This document shows, in pieces, positions 8,365 to 18,842 of a stretch of DNA of 64,000 nucleotides (position 1 is its first letter; each line of letters starts with the position of its first letter). A program made the position numbers and the translations under genes. The DNA is from Hymenobacter sp. (GTDB lineage: Bacteria > Bacteroidota > Bacteroidia > Cytophagales > Hymenobacteraceae): positions 4,415 through 68,414 of the forward strand of contig NZ_JANNOD010000043.1 of the NCBI RefSeq assembly GCF_031398885.1. The letters are read 5' to 3'. Under the pieces are notes generated by a model. The model searched no databases. It saw nothing but the letters and a program-made list of their open reading frames with translations, and was not told where the DNA came from.

Positions 8365-9828
8365 TCACAGCCGCGCGCGCACCTGGCGCAGCACCCGCTC
8401 CACCTCGTTGCGCATGGGGTAGCTGTCCACCACGTGGTTGTTGTTGAAAAAGCTGAAGGCCACCAGCCGGCCGCTTTTGGTGCGTAGGTAGCCGCACACG
8501 TTGAGGTTGTTGCTGAGCGTGCCGGTTTTGCCCCACACCCAGGGGCCGGCCGCGTCGTGGTAGCGCTTGCGCAGGGTGCCTTGATGGCCGCCGGCGGCCA
8601 GCAGGCTGAGCAGGCGCGGCTCAGGCACTTCCCGGTGCAGCTTGAGCAGCAAGGCGGTGAGCGTGCGCGGGGTGATGAGGTTGAGACGCGAGAGCCCCGA
8701 GCCGTCGACCCACACCACCGGGTCGGGCAGGCCGGTGAGGAACTGCTGGCGGACGTAGCGGATAACGCGGCCGGTGCTGAGCGAGTCGCGGTAGCCCACG
8801 CGCGTGGAGCACATGAGCAGCAACTGCTCGGCCAAGAAATTGTCGCTCACGCGCAGCATCCGGCGGTAGAGCGAGTCCACGCGCAGGCCGTGTAGCGTGC
8901 GGATGGAGTCCAGCCCCGGCCGCGGGCGCCACACGGCCCCGGCCATGGCCCGGCGCAGGGTGTCGCCCAGCAGCCGCAGCAACAGCCCGCGGCTGGTGAT
9001 GAAGGGCGTTTCATCAACCCATTTTTTGTTGGCGCGCAGCACGTGGAAGCGGTTGGCCAGCGGGTCGCGCAGCACGTGGGTGTCCTTGTCGAGGCCGGGC
9101 GTGAGCAGGTCGGGCGTGGCCGGGCTCACCAGCGGCGCGAAGTGGCGGGGCAGCACCCGCACTTTGGGCAGCGGCGGCACCGCCGGGTGCACGGCAGCGG
9201 CCCCGCCGGCGCGGGGCCGGGCCGGCGGCACGGGCGCCGCGGCATAGAAGCGCACGGTGTGCCCGTAAATTGGAAACGCGCCCCGCTCGGGCTGAAAGTA
9301 GTAGCCGTAGTCGTCCCAGGTCCAGCTCGGGCCGAAAGGTGTGACGCACTTGATGGCGCAGTAGGCCAGCTTTTTTTCGGGCCGGGTGGCCAGAAACGCG
9401 TAGGCCCGGCGGCTGGGCACGTCGCCGTGCAGCAGGGTGGGGTCGCCGGTGCCCTGGAAAAACAGCGTGTCGCCGCGGCTGAAGTAGCGCAGGCTGGGCA
9501 GCGAATCGCCGAGCAGGTGCAGGCCGGCGTAGAGGCTGAACAGCTTCATGGTGCTGGCCGGGGTGAAGTACTTGGCGTCCTGGTAGCCGAACAAATCTTC
9601 GCCAGTGGCGGCGTCGGCCAGGCTCAGCCCCACCTGGTGCTGGCGCAGAATGGCCGAGCCGTTGAGCAGGGAGTCAAGCCAGGGCAGCGACCGGGCCGTT
9701 GGCGGGGCCGGCGGGGCGACGGGCGGTTTGTCCGGGACTTGGGCACAGGCCCGGAGTTGGGCGGCACCCAGGGTGAGCGACAACAGGTAGCAGAGGGAAC
9801 GTAGCAGCACGGGACGCAACTTTGGCAA
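8365..9828 (-). CDS. dacB: D-alanyl-D-alanine carboxypeptidase/endopeptidase (PBP4, peptidase S13)
   Basis: PASTMKL (SxxK), VSDNFLAE (SxN), DGSGLSR and GKTGTL (KTG) motifs. Confidence 0.92.
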   Translation of the reverse strand: MPKLRPVLLRSLCYLLSLTLGAAQLRACAQVPDKPPVAPPAPPTARSLPWLDSLLNGSAILRQHQVGLSLADAATGEDLFGYQDAKYFTPASTMKLFSLYAGLHLLGDSLPSLRYFSRGDTLFFQGTGDPTLLHGDVPSRRAYAFLATRPEKKLAYCAIKCVTPFGPSWTWDDYGYYFQPERGAFPIYGHTVRFYAAAPVPPARPRAGGAAAVHPAVPPLPKVRVLPRHFAPLVSPATPDLLTPGLDKDTHVLRDPLANRFHVLRANKKWVDETPFITSRGLLLRLLGDTLRRAMAGAVWRPRPGLDSIRTLHGLRVDSLYRRMLRVSDNFLAEQLLLMCSTRVGYRDSLSTGRVIRYVRQQFLTGLPDPVVWVDGSGLSRLNLITPRTLTALLLKLHREVPEPRLLSLLAAGGHQGTLRKRYHDAAGPWVWGKTGTLSNNLNVCGYLRTKSGRLVAFSFFNNNHVVDSYPMRNEVERVLRQVRARL

Positions 9829-9885
9829 CGTGGGGGGCCGACGTACTCGCGGCCCAACAAAGCTAATTGGCGGGCCGGCCTTTAA

Positions 9886-11553
<1,668 letters not shown>

Positions 11554-11556
11554 GAC

Positions 11557-11669
11557 GCTGCGCTTAATGAGGAATGAAGAATGAAGAATGAGGAATTATG
11601 GCCGTTGGGTCTGAAACTTCTCATTCCTCATTCCTCATTCTTCATTCCTCATTCTTCATTAAGCGCAGC
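11557..11669. repeat. Palindromic heptamer-array element (AATGA[G/A]G)n ... (C[C/T]TCATT)n
   Basis: Arms begin GCTGCGCTT-AATGAGG-AATGAAG... and end ...CTTCATT-AAGCGCAGC, around a ~20-nt spacer. Confidence 0.9.
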
Positions 11670-11710
11670 GTACCTCCCGTACCTTTGGGTATTCGCAACC
11701 TCATTTTGTA

Positions 11711-13504
11711 ATGGATAAAAATTCAGCAACCGGCCTATTTCTGATTTCGGCCTTGCTCCTCGTGTACCTGTTCTTCTTCAGCCCGAAGAAGCCGGAGGAA
11801 AAGGCCGCTGGCAAAACGCCCGCCGCCACCACGGCCGCCCCCGCCCCGGCCGCGACACCTGCCGCCGTGCCCACCCTGGCGCCCGAAGCGGCCCTTGACA
11901 CCACGGCCGGCGTGGCCAAGGACGTGACCGTGGCCAACGCCAACCTCAACATTACCTTCTCGACCCGCGGCGGCCGCGTCACGGCCGTGCGCCTGCTCAA
12001 GTACCAGACGTTTTTTGGCAAGCCGCTCGATTTGTTCGACGCCAAGAGCGCGCGCATGGACACCCGCTTCCGCACCCTGGACGGCAAAACGGTGAAATTC
12101 TCGGACTTGGTGTTCCAGTCGGTGGCCGTGCAGGGCGCGGGCGGCGCGTCGGTCGTCACCTTCACGGCGCCGGTGGCCGGCGGCAGCATCGTGCAGACCT
12201 ACACGCTGCCCGCCAACAGCTACGAGCTGGCCTACACCCTGCGCCTGAACGGCCTGGAGCGCGCCGTGGCCCAGGAGCCGCTCACCTTCACCTTCGTGGA
12301 CCGCGTGCGGCAGACTGAGCAGGACCTGCAGCAAAACCGCAACCACACCACCATCAACCACTACCTGGCCGCCGGCGACCAGGGCTCGCTGGCCGAAGCC
12401 AGCGAGAACCCCGAGGAGTACAAGGCCACCGGCCCGGTGAAGTGGGCGGCCCACAAGCACGACTTCTTCGTGGCCGGCCTCATTGCCGACCAGCAGCCCT
12501 TCGCTGGTGGTGCCTTCAACTCCAACGTGAACCTGGCCGACTCGTCGACCATCAAAACGCTGAGCACCACGCTTACCTTGCCGGTGAACGAGGTGACGCA
12601 GGGCCGCGGGCAGTACCGCTTCTTCTTCGGCCCGAACTCGTTCAACTTGCTGAAAAACGTGGCGCCGGAATTCGACCGCAACGTGTACCTGGGCTGGGGC
12701 CTGTTCCGGTGGGTGAACCGCTTCGTAGTGCTGCCCGTGTTTCACTTCCTGGAGCAGTACATCGGCTCCTACGGCCTCATCATTGCCCTGCTGGTGCTCC
12801 TGATTAAGCTCGTGACCTGGCCGCTGACCTACAAAACCTATGAGGGCCAGGCCCGCATGAAGGTGCTGAAGCCGGAAATTGACGAGCTGAAGGAAAAGTA
12901 CGGCGACGACGCCACCAAGGTGCAGCAGGAGACCATGAAGCTCTACCAGACCTTCGGCGTTTCGCCCTTGGGCGGCTGCGTGCCCACGCTGCTCACGCTG
13001 CCCATCCTGTTCGCCATGTTCCAGTTTTTCCCCAACGCCATCGAGCTGCGGCAGCAGAGCTTTTTGTGGGCCAAAGACCTGAGCAGCTACGACGTGTTTG
13101 CCCGGCTGCCCATCTACGTGAAGTGGTACGGCGACCACATCAGCATGTTCACGCTACTGATGACGGCCTCCACCCTGCTCATGACCTGGCAGAGCAACCA
13201 GACCAACACGGCCATGCAGGGCCCGATGAAGACCTACAGCTACCTGATGCCCATCATCTTCCTGTTCGTGCTGAACAGCTTCGCCGCGGGCCTTACCTGG
13301 TACTACTTCGTGTCGAACGTCATCACGTTCGCCCAGCAGGCCGTTACCAAAGCCTTCGTCGACGACACCAAAATCCGGGCCCAGCTCGACGCCAACAAAA
13401 TCAAGAACAAGGACAAGAAGCCCGGCGGCATCCAGGGCCGCATCGCCGAAGCCATGAAAGCCGCGCAGGAGCGCGAGGCGCAGGCCAAGAAAAAGCAGTC
13501 GTAG
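11711..13504 (+). CDS. yidC: Membrane protein insertase YidC
   Basis: N-terminal TM, periplasmic domain, YGLIIALLVLLIKLVTWPL, GCVPTLLTLPILFAMF, WAKDLSSYD. Confidence 0.96.
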   Translation: MDKNSATGLFLISALLLVYLFFFSPKKPEEKAAGKTPAATTAAPAPAATPAAVPTLAPEAALDTTAGVAKDVTVANANLNITFSTRGGRVTAVRLLKYQTFFGKPLDLFDAKSARMDTRFRTLDGKTVKFSDLVFQSVAVQGAGGASVVTFTAPVAGGSIVQTYTLPANSYELAYTLRLNGLERAVAQEPLTFTFVDRVRQTEQDLQQNRNHTTINHYLAAGDQGSLAEASENPEEYKATGPVKWAAHKHDFFVAGLIADQQPFAGGAFNSNVNLADSSTIKTLSTTLTLPVNEVTQGRGQYRFFFGPNSFNLLKNVAPEFDRNVYLGWGLFRWVNRFVVLPVFHFLEQYIGSYGLIIALLVLLIKLVTWPLTYKTYEGQARMKVLKPEIDELKEKYGDDATKVQQETMKLYQTFGVSPLGGCVPTLLTLPILFAMFQFFPNAIELRQQSFLWAKDLSSYDVFARLPIYVKWYGDHISMFTLLMTASTLLMTWQSNQTNTAMQGPMKTYSYLMPIIFLFVLNSFAAGLTWYYFVSNVITFAQQAVTKAFVDDTKIRAQLDANKIKNKDKKPGGIQGRIAEAMKAAQEREAQAKKKQS

Positions 13505-13514
13505 ATGACCAACA

Positions 13515-13576
13515 GAACGCCGGGCTCAGCTCGCCCGCTTCGGCAAGCGGACGCTGGCTGAGCCCGGCGTTTCTTT
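13515..13576 (+). terminator. Long hairpin / intrinsic terminator after yidC
   Basis: AGAACGCCGGGCTCAGC...GCTGAGCCCGGCGTTTCTTT. Confidence 0.7.
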
Positions 13577-13692
13577 AAGACCGCGCCCCATCCGACAGAA
13601 TGAGAACCCCAGGCACGGTTTTCGTTTTGTCGGTTTTTCGTTAGCCAATTTTGGTCCTCTTGTTTTCAACGCCTTTGCTTAACGCTTTTGCC

Positions 13693-14214
13693 ATGCGCCA
13701 CCTCGCATTCCTCCTGCTTCTGGTTTCGTGCGCGTTTGCACTGCCGGCCTGCGCCCAGAAAGCCACTGCCCAAAAAACCAGTAGAGCCAGCAAGAGAGAG
13801 GCCGCGGCCCGGGCCGCGAAAGCGAAGAACGACCCCGGCCCCGTGCTCACGTTCGAGCGCACGCCCTGCTTCGGTTTTTGCCCGGCATACACCATGCAGG
13901 TGTTTGCCGACGGGCGCGTGGCCTACGAAGGGCGCCGGGCCGTGCCCCTGATGGGCCAGAAAGAATTCAGGCTGCCCGCCGGCACCGTGGCCGACATGCT
14001 GCGCACGGCCAAAGAAGCGCATTTCGAACAGTTCCAGGACCGGTATTCGCGCAATACCTCCGACTTGCCCAGCACCGTGGTGGCCGTGCGCCAGCCCGAC
14101 GGCCAGCTCAAAACCGTGACCGTGGAAGAAGGCGCGCCCGAAAACGTGCAGATGCTGCTGAACTACCTCGGCAATCAGTTCGACGCCCTGGCCGAGCTGA
14201 AAGCCGACAGATAG
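13693..14214 (+). CDS. Secreted protein, DUF6438-like
   Basis: Signal peptide; LTFERTPCFGFCPAYTMQVFADGRVAY motif. Confidence 0.7.
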   Translation: MRHLAFLLLLVSCAFALPACAQKATAQKTSRASKREAAARAAKAKNDPGPVLTFERTPCFGFCPAYTMQVFADGRVAYEGRRAVPLMGQKEFRLPAGTVADMLRTAKEAHFEQFQDRYSRNTSDLPSTVVAVRQPDGQLKTVTVEEGAPENVQMLLNYLGNQFDALAELKADR

Positions 14215-14259
14215 GCGCCTAAACTGCCGTTACCGAAACGGCTTAGCTGCTTAGCTGCT

Positions 14260-14416
14260 TAGAGCCTATCCGAAAAATAAATTGAACGTCATGCTGAGCT
14301 TGCCGAAGCATCTCGCCCGCTTCGCTGGACGGTTTTGGCGAAGCGAGCGAGATGCTTCGGCTGCGCTCAGCATGACGGGCTTTCAGCAGCAAAAATATTT
14401 TTCGGACGGGCCCTTA
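14260..14416. mobile_element. MITE-like composite: outer TIR (CCTATCCGAAAAATA) enclosing a CGTC-type REP doublet (14288-14376)
   Basis: Outer ends AGAGCCTATCCGAAAAATA / TATTTTTCGGACGGGCCCTTA; second copy at 20440-20598. Confidence 0.65.
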
Positions 14417-14440
14417 ATATGCTTGGCCCAGTGTACCCGA

Positions 14441-16135
14441 CTAGTCCTTCCGCACCCGCTCCAGCAGCAGCTGGTTCATGGGGTTGGGCGCCAGGCCCCG
14501 CACGTTGTTCTGGGTGAGGCGCACCACTTCGTCGTAATACAGGCTGATAACGGGGCTTTCGGCCACCACTATCCGGTCCATGGCTTGGTAGAGCGCCGTG
14601 CGGCGGGTCACGTCCAGGGTACGGCGGGCTTCGTCGTAGAGCCGGTCGTAGGCCGCGCTTTTAAAATGGGTTTTGTCGGGGCCGGCGGGGCTGAAGTTGG
14701 GGCTGTAGAACAGGGCCAGGTAGTTTTCGGCGTCGGGGTAGTCGCCCAGCCAGCTTTTGGCGAAGAAGGCCACCCGGCCGTTGTCGACCAAATCCTGCTG
14801 GGCGGCGCTCTGGTTGATGTCAATCTGGACCTGCACGCCCACATCGGCCCACTGCTTCTGCAGGTACTCACCGATTTCCTTGCGTTCCAGCACCGTGCTC
14901 AGGCGCAGGCGCAGCGGCCGCGGGGGCCCGTAGCCGGCGGCGCGCAGCAGCTGCCGGGCCCGCTGCGGCTGGTAAGTGTAGCCGGGCACCTCCTTCTCGG
15001 AGAACGAGGGCAGGGCCGTGGGCACGAAGCCCGACGTGCCCGCGTGGCCCACCCGGTTGAGGAGGTAGGTGAGCATTTCGGGCTTGTTCAGGGCGTAGTT
15101 CAGCGCCTGGCGCACCCGTCGGTCCCGTAGCGCCCGGCCCTGCACCGCCTGCTCGCCGCTCAGGTTGGCCGAATCGAGCTGAAAGCCCAGGTACTCCGTG
15201 TTCAAATACGGCACCTTTTCCACCCGAAACTTGCCCTTGAAATCTTCCCGAATGGTACCGTCCGGGTGCATAATCAAGTCGCGTGAGCCGGCCCGAATGC
15301 CCGACAGGAAATCCAGCTTACCCTGCTGAAAGGTCAGAAACTCGGTTTTGCGGTCGGCCAAAAAGCTCACGGCCACGGCGTCGAGGTAGGGCAGCGGCCG
15401 GCCCTGCCGGTCGCGCCGCCAGTAGGTGGGGTTGCGCGCGAATAGCAGCACGTTGCCCTCGTCCCAGCGCTTGAACCGAAACGGCCCCGTGCCCACCGGG
15501 TGCTCCCGGAAGTCCTTGCCGTAGCGCGTCACGGCCTCGCGCGGCACCACATAGGCGTAGTGCATGGTGAGAATGCCCAGAAACGGAATGAACGGCTCCT
15601 TGAGGTGCACGCGCAGCGTGGAGTCATTTGCCGCCACAAAAGCCGTGTCGCTGGGGCTGCCGTCGGCCTTTTCCAGCACCTTGCCCCGAAAAATCCAGCC
15701 GCCCGAGCTGGCCGTGGCCGCGTCCAGAATCCGTCGAAAAGAATACACGAAGTCGGCGGCCGTCACCACGCGGCCTTTGCCGCCGGGAAAAACCTCGCTG
15801 TCGTGAAACCGCACGCCTGGCCGCAGCACGAAAGTGTAAAGCCGCCCGTCGGGCGACACCGTGAACCGCCGGGCCAGCGCCGGGGCCGGCAGCAGGGTCG
15901 AATCCAGCTCCAGCAGGCCGTTGAAGAGCTGCTCGTCGGCCCAACGGTTGGCCTGGTTGCGGGCAAAGGCGGGGTCGAGTGAAGTAAGGGCTTCGGGCTG
16001 GTTGTAGCGGAACACCCGGCGCTCGTCGGCGGGCCGCCGGGCCGCGTCGCGGCAGCTGGCCAGCGCCAATAGCACCGCCCCGAATCCAAACGCTTTAGCC
16101 AAAAAGCCAGCCCAACGAGCCAAAAAAGGGGGCAT
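14441..16135 (-). CDS. ABC transporter substrate-binding lipoprotein (family 5, peptide/nickel-type)
   Basis: Lipobox LASC; SLDPA, LFNGLL, PVGTGPF, RVRQALNYA, WLGDYPD motifs. Confidence 0.9.
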   Translation of the reverse strand: MPPFLARWAGFLAKAFGFGAVLLALASCRDAARRPADERRVFRYNQPEALTSLDPAFARNQANRWADEQLFNGLLELDSTLLPAPALARRFTVSPDGRLYTFVLRPGVRFHDSEVFPGGKGRVVTAADFVYSFRRILDAATASSGGWIFRGKVLEKADGSPSDTAFVAANDSTLRVHLKEPFIPFLGILTMHYAYVVPREAVTRYGKDFREHPVGTGPFRFKRWDEGNVLLFARNPTYWRRDRQGRPLPYLDAVAVSFLADRKTEFLTFQQGKLDFLSGIRAGSRDLIMHPDGTIREDFKGKFRVEKVPYLNTEYLGFQLDSANLSGEQAVQGRALRDRRVRQALNYALNKPEMLTYLLNRVGHAGTSGFVPTALPSFSEKEVPGYTYQPQRARQLLRAAGYGPPRPLRLRLSTVLERKEIGEYLQKQWADVGVQVQIDINQSAAQQDLVDNGRVAFFAKSWLGDYPDAENYLALFYSPNFSPAGPDKTHFKSAAYDRLYDEARRTLDVTRRTALYQAMDRIVVAESPVISLYYDEVVRLTQNNVRGLAPNPMNQLLLERVRKD

Positions 16136-16179
16136 GCGAACAGGGAAAGAATGTATCTTTGTGCAATGCTACGGCAAAA

Positions 16180-16303
16180 GTTATTAGTTCTTGGTTGTCA
16201 GTTATTCGTTGTCGGTTGTTAGTCGAAAGGTCCGGGAAAGGCCACTAACTGACGCTGAAGCACTGAGCCGCTGACAACTGACAACGAACAACTGACAACG
16301 ACA
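16180..16303. repeat. Palindromic heptamer-array element (GTTGTCA)n ... (TGACAAC)n upstream of parA
   Basis: Left GTTGTCAGTTATTCGTTGTCGGTTGTTAG, right CTGACAACTGACAACGAACAACTGACAAC. Confidence 0.85.
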
Positions 16304-16310
16304 AAGACCC

Positions 16311-17120
16311 ATGGGAAAAATCATCGCGGTAGCCAACCAAAAAGGCGGGGTGGGCAAAACCACCACCTCCATCAACCTCGCGGCGTCCCTAGCCGCCCTG
16401 GACTACCGGACCCTGCTCGTCGACGCCGACCCCCAGGCCAACGCCACCTCCGGCGTGGGCTACGACCCCAAGGACATCCAGAACAGCATCTACGAGTGCA
16501 TGGTGGACGGCATCAACGCCCAGGACATCATCCTGCCCACCAACATCCTGCCCCACCTCGACCTCATGCCCTCCCACATCGACTTGGTGGGCGCCGAAGT
16601 GGAGATGATAAACCTACCCAACCGCGAAGAGAAGATGAAGGAGGCCCTGCGCCCCCTCGCCGAGCAGTACGACTTCATCATCATCGACTGCTCGCCCTCG
16701 CTGGGCCTCATTACGGTCAACGCCCTCACGGCCGCGCACTCGGTCATCATCCCGGTGCAGTGCGAGTACTTCGCCCTCGAAGGCCTGGGCAAGCTGCTGA
16801 ACACCATCAAAATCATCCAGAGCCGCCTCAACACCGAGCTGGAAATTGAAGGCATCCTGCTCACGATGTACGACGTGCGCCTGCGCCTGAGCAACCAGGT
16901 GGTGGAGGAAGTGCGCATGCACTTCCAGCAGCTGGCCTTCGACACCATCATCCCGCGCAACGTGAAGCTGAGCGAGTCGCCCAGCTTCGGCATCCCCGTC
17001 ATCCTGCACGACGCCGAGAGCAAAGGCTCCATCAGCTACCTCAACCTGGCCCGCGAAATCGTGGAAAAGAACAGCGTGGAAGCCCGCCCCGAGGAAACGG
17101 CCGAGGACGAGCGGATTTAG
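16311..17120 (+). CDS. parA: Chromosome partitioning ATPase ParA/Soj
   Basis: NQKGGVGKTTT deviant Walker A, DADPQANAT, IIIDCSPSLG, IPRNVKLSESPS. Confidence 0.96.
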   Translation: MGKIIAVANQKGGVGKTTTSINLAASLAALDYRTLLVDADPQANATSGVGYDPKDIQNSIYECMVDGINAQDIILPTNILPHLDLMPSHIDLVGAEVEMINLPNREEKMKEALRPLAEQYDFIIIDCSPSLGLITVNALTAAHSVIIPVQCEYFALEGLGKLLNTIKIIQSRLNTELEIEGILLTMYDVRLRLSNQVVEEVRMHFQQLAFDTIIPRNVKLSESPSFGIPVILHDAESKGSISYLNLAREIVEKNSVEARPEETAEDERI

Positions 17121-17147
17121 GCTTTTGACTTTATTACGGTTCAGGTT

Positions 17148-17411
17148 ATGATTAACCAGCATACCGACCCCGCTGCCTGGGCGCTTCTCATGTATGAGTT
17201 GGAAGATGCTGAAGACGGGCTTAAAAGTCTATTCAAGGATATTGCCGAAGACCCTGAATTTGGCGAAGTAGAATTCAGAATACACATGGCCCACATCTAT
17301 GTTCATCTAAACCGTGCTTGGAATTCGCGCAACGCAACAGCAGAGCAACAGAGTGATGATGTGTTATGGAAAAAATGGGGCCGGTTTCCAGTTGACATCG
17401 AACCTTTATAA
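17148..17411 (+). CDS. Hypothetical acidic helical protein
   Basis: 87-aa ORF with ATG, AT-richer, between parA and DUF433 gene. Confidence 0.6.
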   Translation: MINQHTDPAAWALLMYELEDAEDGLKSLFKDIAEDPEFGEVEFRIHMAHIYVHLNRAWNSRNATAEQQSDDVLWKKWGRFPVDIEPL

Positions 17412-17423
17412 AAGTATTGTGGG

Positions 17424-17636
17424 ATGTACACCTTTGCTAACCATCCATTAATCGGTGTTGACCCCGAAATACGTTTTGGCCGGGCGTGCATTATTGGTAC
17501 CCGCATCAGTGTGGATGACGTGCTGGGCTGGCTGGGCAATGGCATGAGCAATGCTGACATCGTCAAAGATTTTCCAGAATTGAGCGAAGAGTTGATTAGG
17601 GCCTGCTTGCACTACGCGGCCAATACGAGAGCTTGA
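17424..17636 (+). CDS. DUF433-domain protein (antitoxin-like)
   Basis: IGVDPEIRFGRACIIGTRISVDDVL...DFPELSEELIRACLHYA, typical of DUF433. Confidence 0.88.
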   Translation: MYTFANHPLIGVDPEIRFGRACIIGTRISVDDVLGWLGNGMSNADIVKDFPELSEELIRACLHYAANTRA

Positions 17637-17746
17637 TTCCAAGCCAAGCCACTCGCCCCAAACTTCCCGGCTTGCCCTTCGCCCAACAATCCGTAAATTT
17701 GGAGTCCCGTATGCGCCGACCTTTCGGCCAACCGGACCTTGCCGAG

Positions 17747-18727
17747 ATGACCCCAGAGAAGAACGACGAGAAAAACACGCTGCCCACCCCGTCCCAACTC
17801 GTGCCCAAGCGCAAGATTGGCGGCCTGGGCCGGGGCCTGAACGCCCTGATTGAGGGTAGCTACGAGAAAAAAGGCGACCGCCAGGGCGACCGGCTCGTGT
17901 CGCACCCCGTCAACTCGGTGGGCTTTATCTCCGTCGAGCACATCGAGGCCAACCCCTACCAGCCCCGCACCCACTTCGACCAGCAAGCCCTGCAGGAGCT
18001 GGCCGAGAGCATCAAAATCCAGGGCATCATCCAGCCCGTGACCCTGCGCCAGCTCGGCACCAACTCCTACCAGCTCATCGCCGGCGAGCGCCGCCTGCAA
18101 GCTTCCCGGTTGGCCGGCCTGGAGACGATTCCGGCCTACATCCGCAAGGCCGACGACCAGCAGATGCTGGAAATGGCCCTGATTGAGAACATCCAGCGCG
18201 AAAACCTCAACGCCATCGAAATTGCCCTCAGCTACCAGCGCCTGCTGAGCGAGTGCAACCTGCGCCAGGAAGAGCTGGGCGACCGGGTGGGCAAAAACCG
18301 CTCGACCGTCACCAACTACCTGCGCCTGCTCAAGCTGCCGCCCGACGTGCAGATTGGCCTGCGCGACGCCGAAATCAGCATGGGCCACGCCCGCGCCCTC
18401 ATCGGGCTCGACGACGCCAAGGCGCAAGTGGACCTGTTCCGCAAGATTGTGGCCGAGGAATTGTCCGTGCGCCGGGTGGAAGAATTGGTACGCGGCGGCT
18501 TTGGCCGGGCAGCGGCGCCCGCCAGCAACGGCGCCGCAACCAGCGGCCCGGCCGCACCACCCGCCGTGCCCGCCGCCGAGCTGCGCCGCACCGAGCGCCA
18601 CCTCGCCGACCGGTTCGGCTCGCGCGTGCAGGTGCGACCCGGCCCCAAGGGCAGCGGCGAAATCAAGATTGCTTTCGATTCGGTGGAGGATATGCAGCGC
18701 ATTCTGCACATTCTGCAGCCGTCTTAG
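17747..18727 (+). CDS. parB: Chromosome partitioning protein ParB/Spo0J
   Basis: GLGRGLNAL, NPYQPRTHFD, LIAGERRLQA, LIENIQRENLNAIE, GKNRSTVTNYLRLL. Confidence 0.96.
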   Translation: MTPEKNDEKNTLPTPSQLVPKRKIGGLGRGLNALIEGSYEKKGDRQGDRLVSHPVNSVGFISVEHIEANPYQPRTHFDQQALQELAESIKIQGIIQPVTLRQLGTNSYQLIAGERRLQASRLAGLETIPAYIRKADDQQMLEMALIENIQRENLNAIEIALSYQRLLSECNLRQEELGDRVGKNRSTVTNYLRLLKLPPDVQIGLRDAEISMGHARALIGLDDAKAQVDLFRKIVAEELSVRRVEELVRGGFGRAAAPASNGAATSGPAAPPAVPAAELRRTERHLADRFGSRVQVRPGPKGSGEIKIAFDSVEDMQRILHILQPS

Positions 18728-18842
18728 CCCGTCCGCAAGTGGTGGGGTGGCCCGGCAGGAAGCGCGCTGAATGGCGCGAATTCAACGCTTCTTTCGGCAG
18801 CATCTACGCTAAACCACTGAAAATATCGTTGGCGGGTCAGCT

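Noticed and set aside
14242-14262. TTAGCTGC x2.5 and GGTGAGG-like short repeats (also 52455-52487)
   Set aside because: Too few units to distinguish from chance; no complementary arm
16100-18800. parS sites near parAB
   Set aside because: No match to the TGTTNCACGTGAAACA-type palindrome noticed by eye
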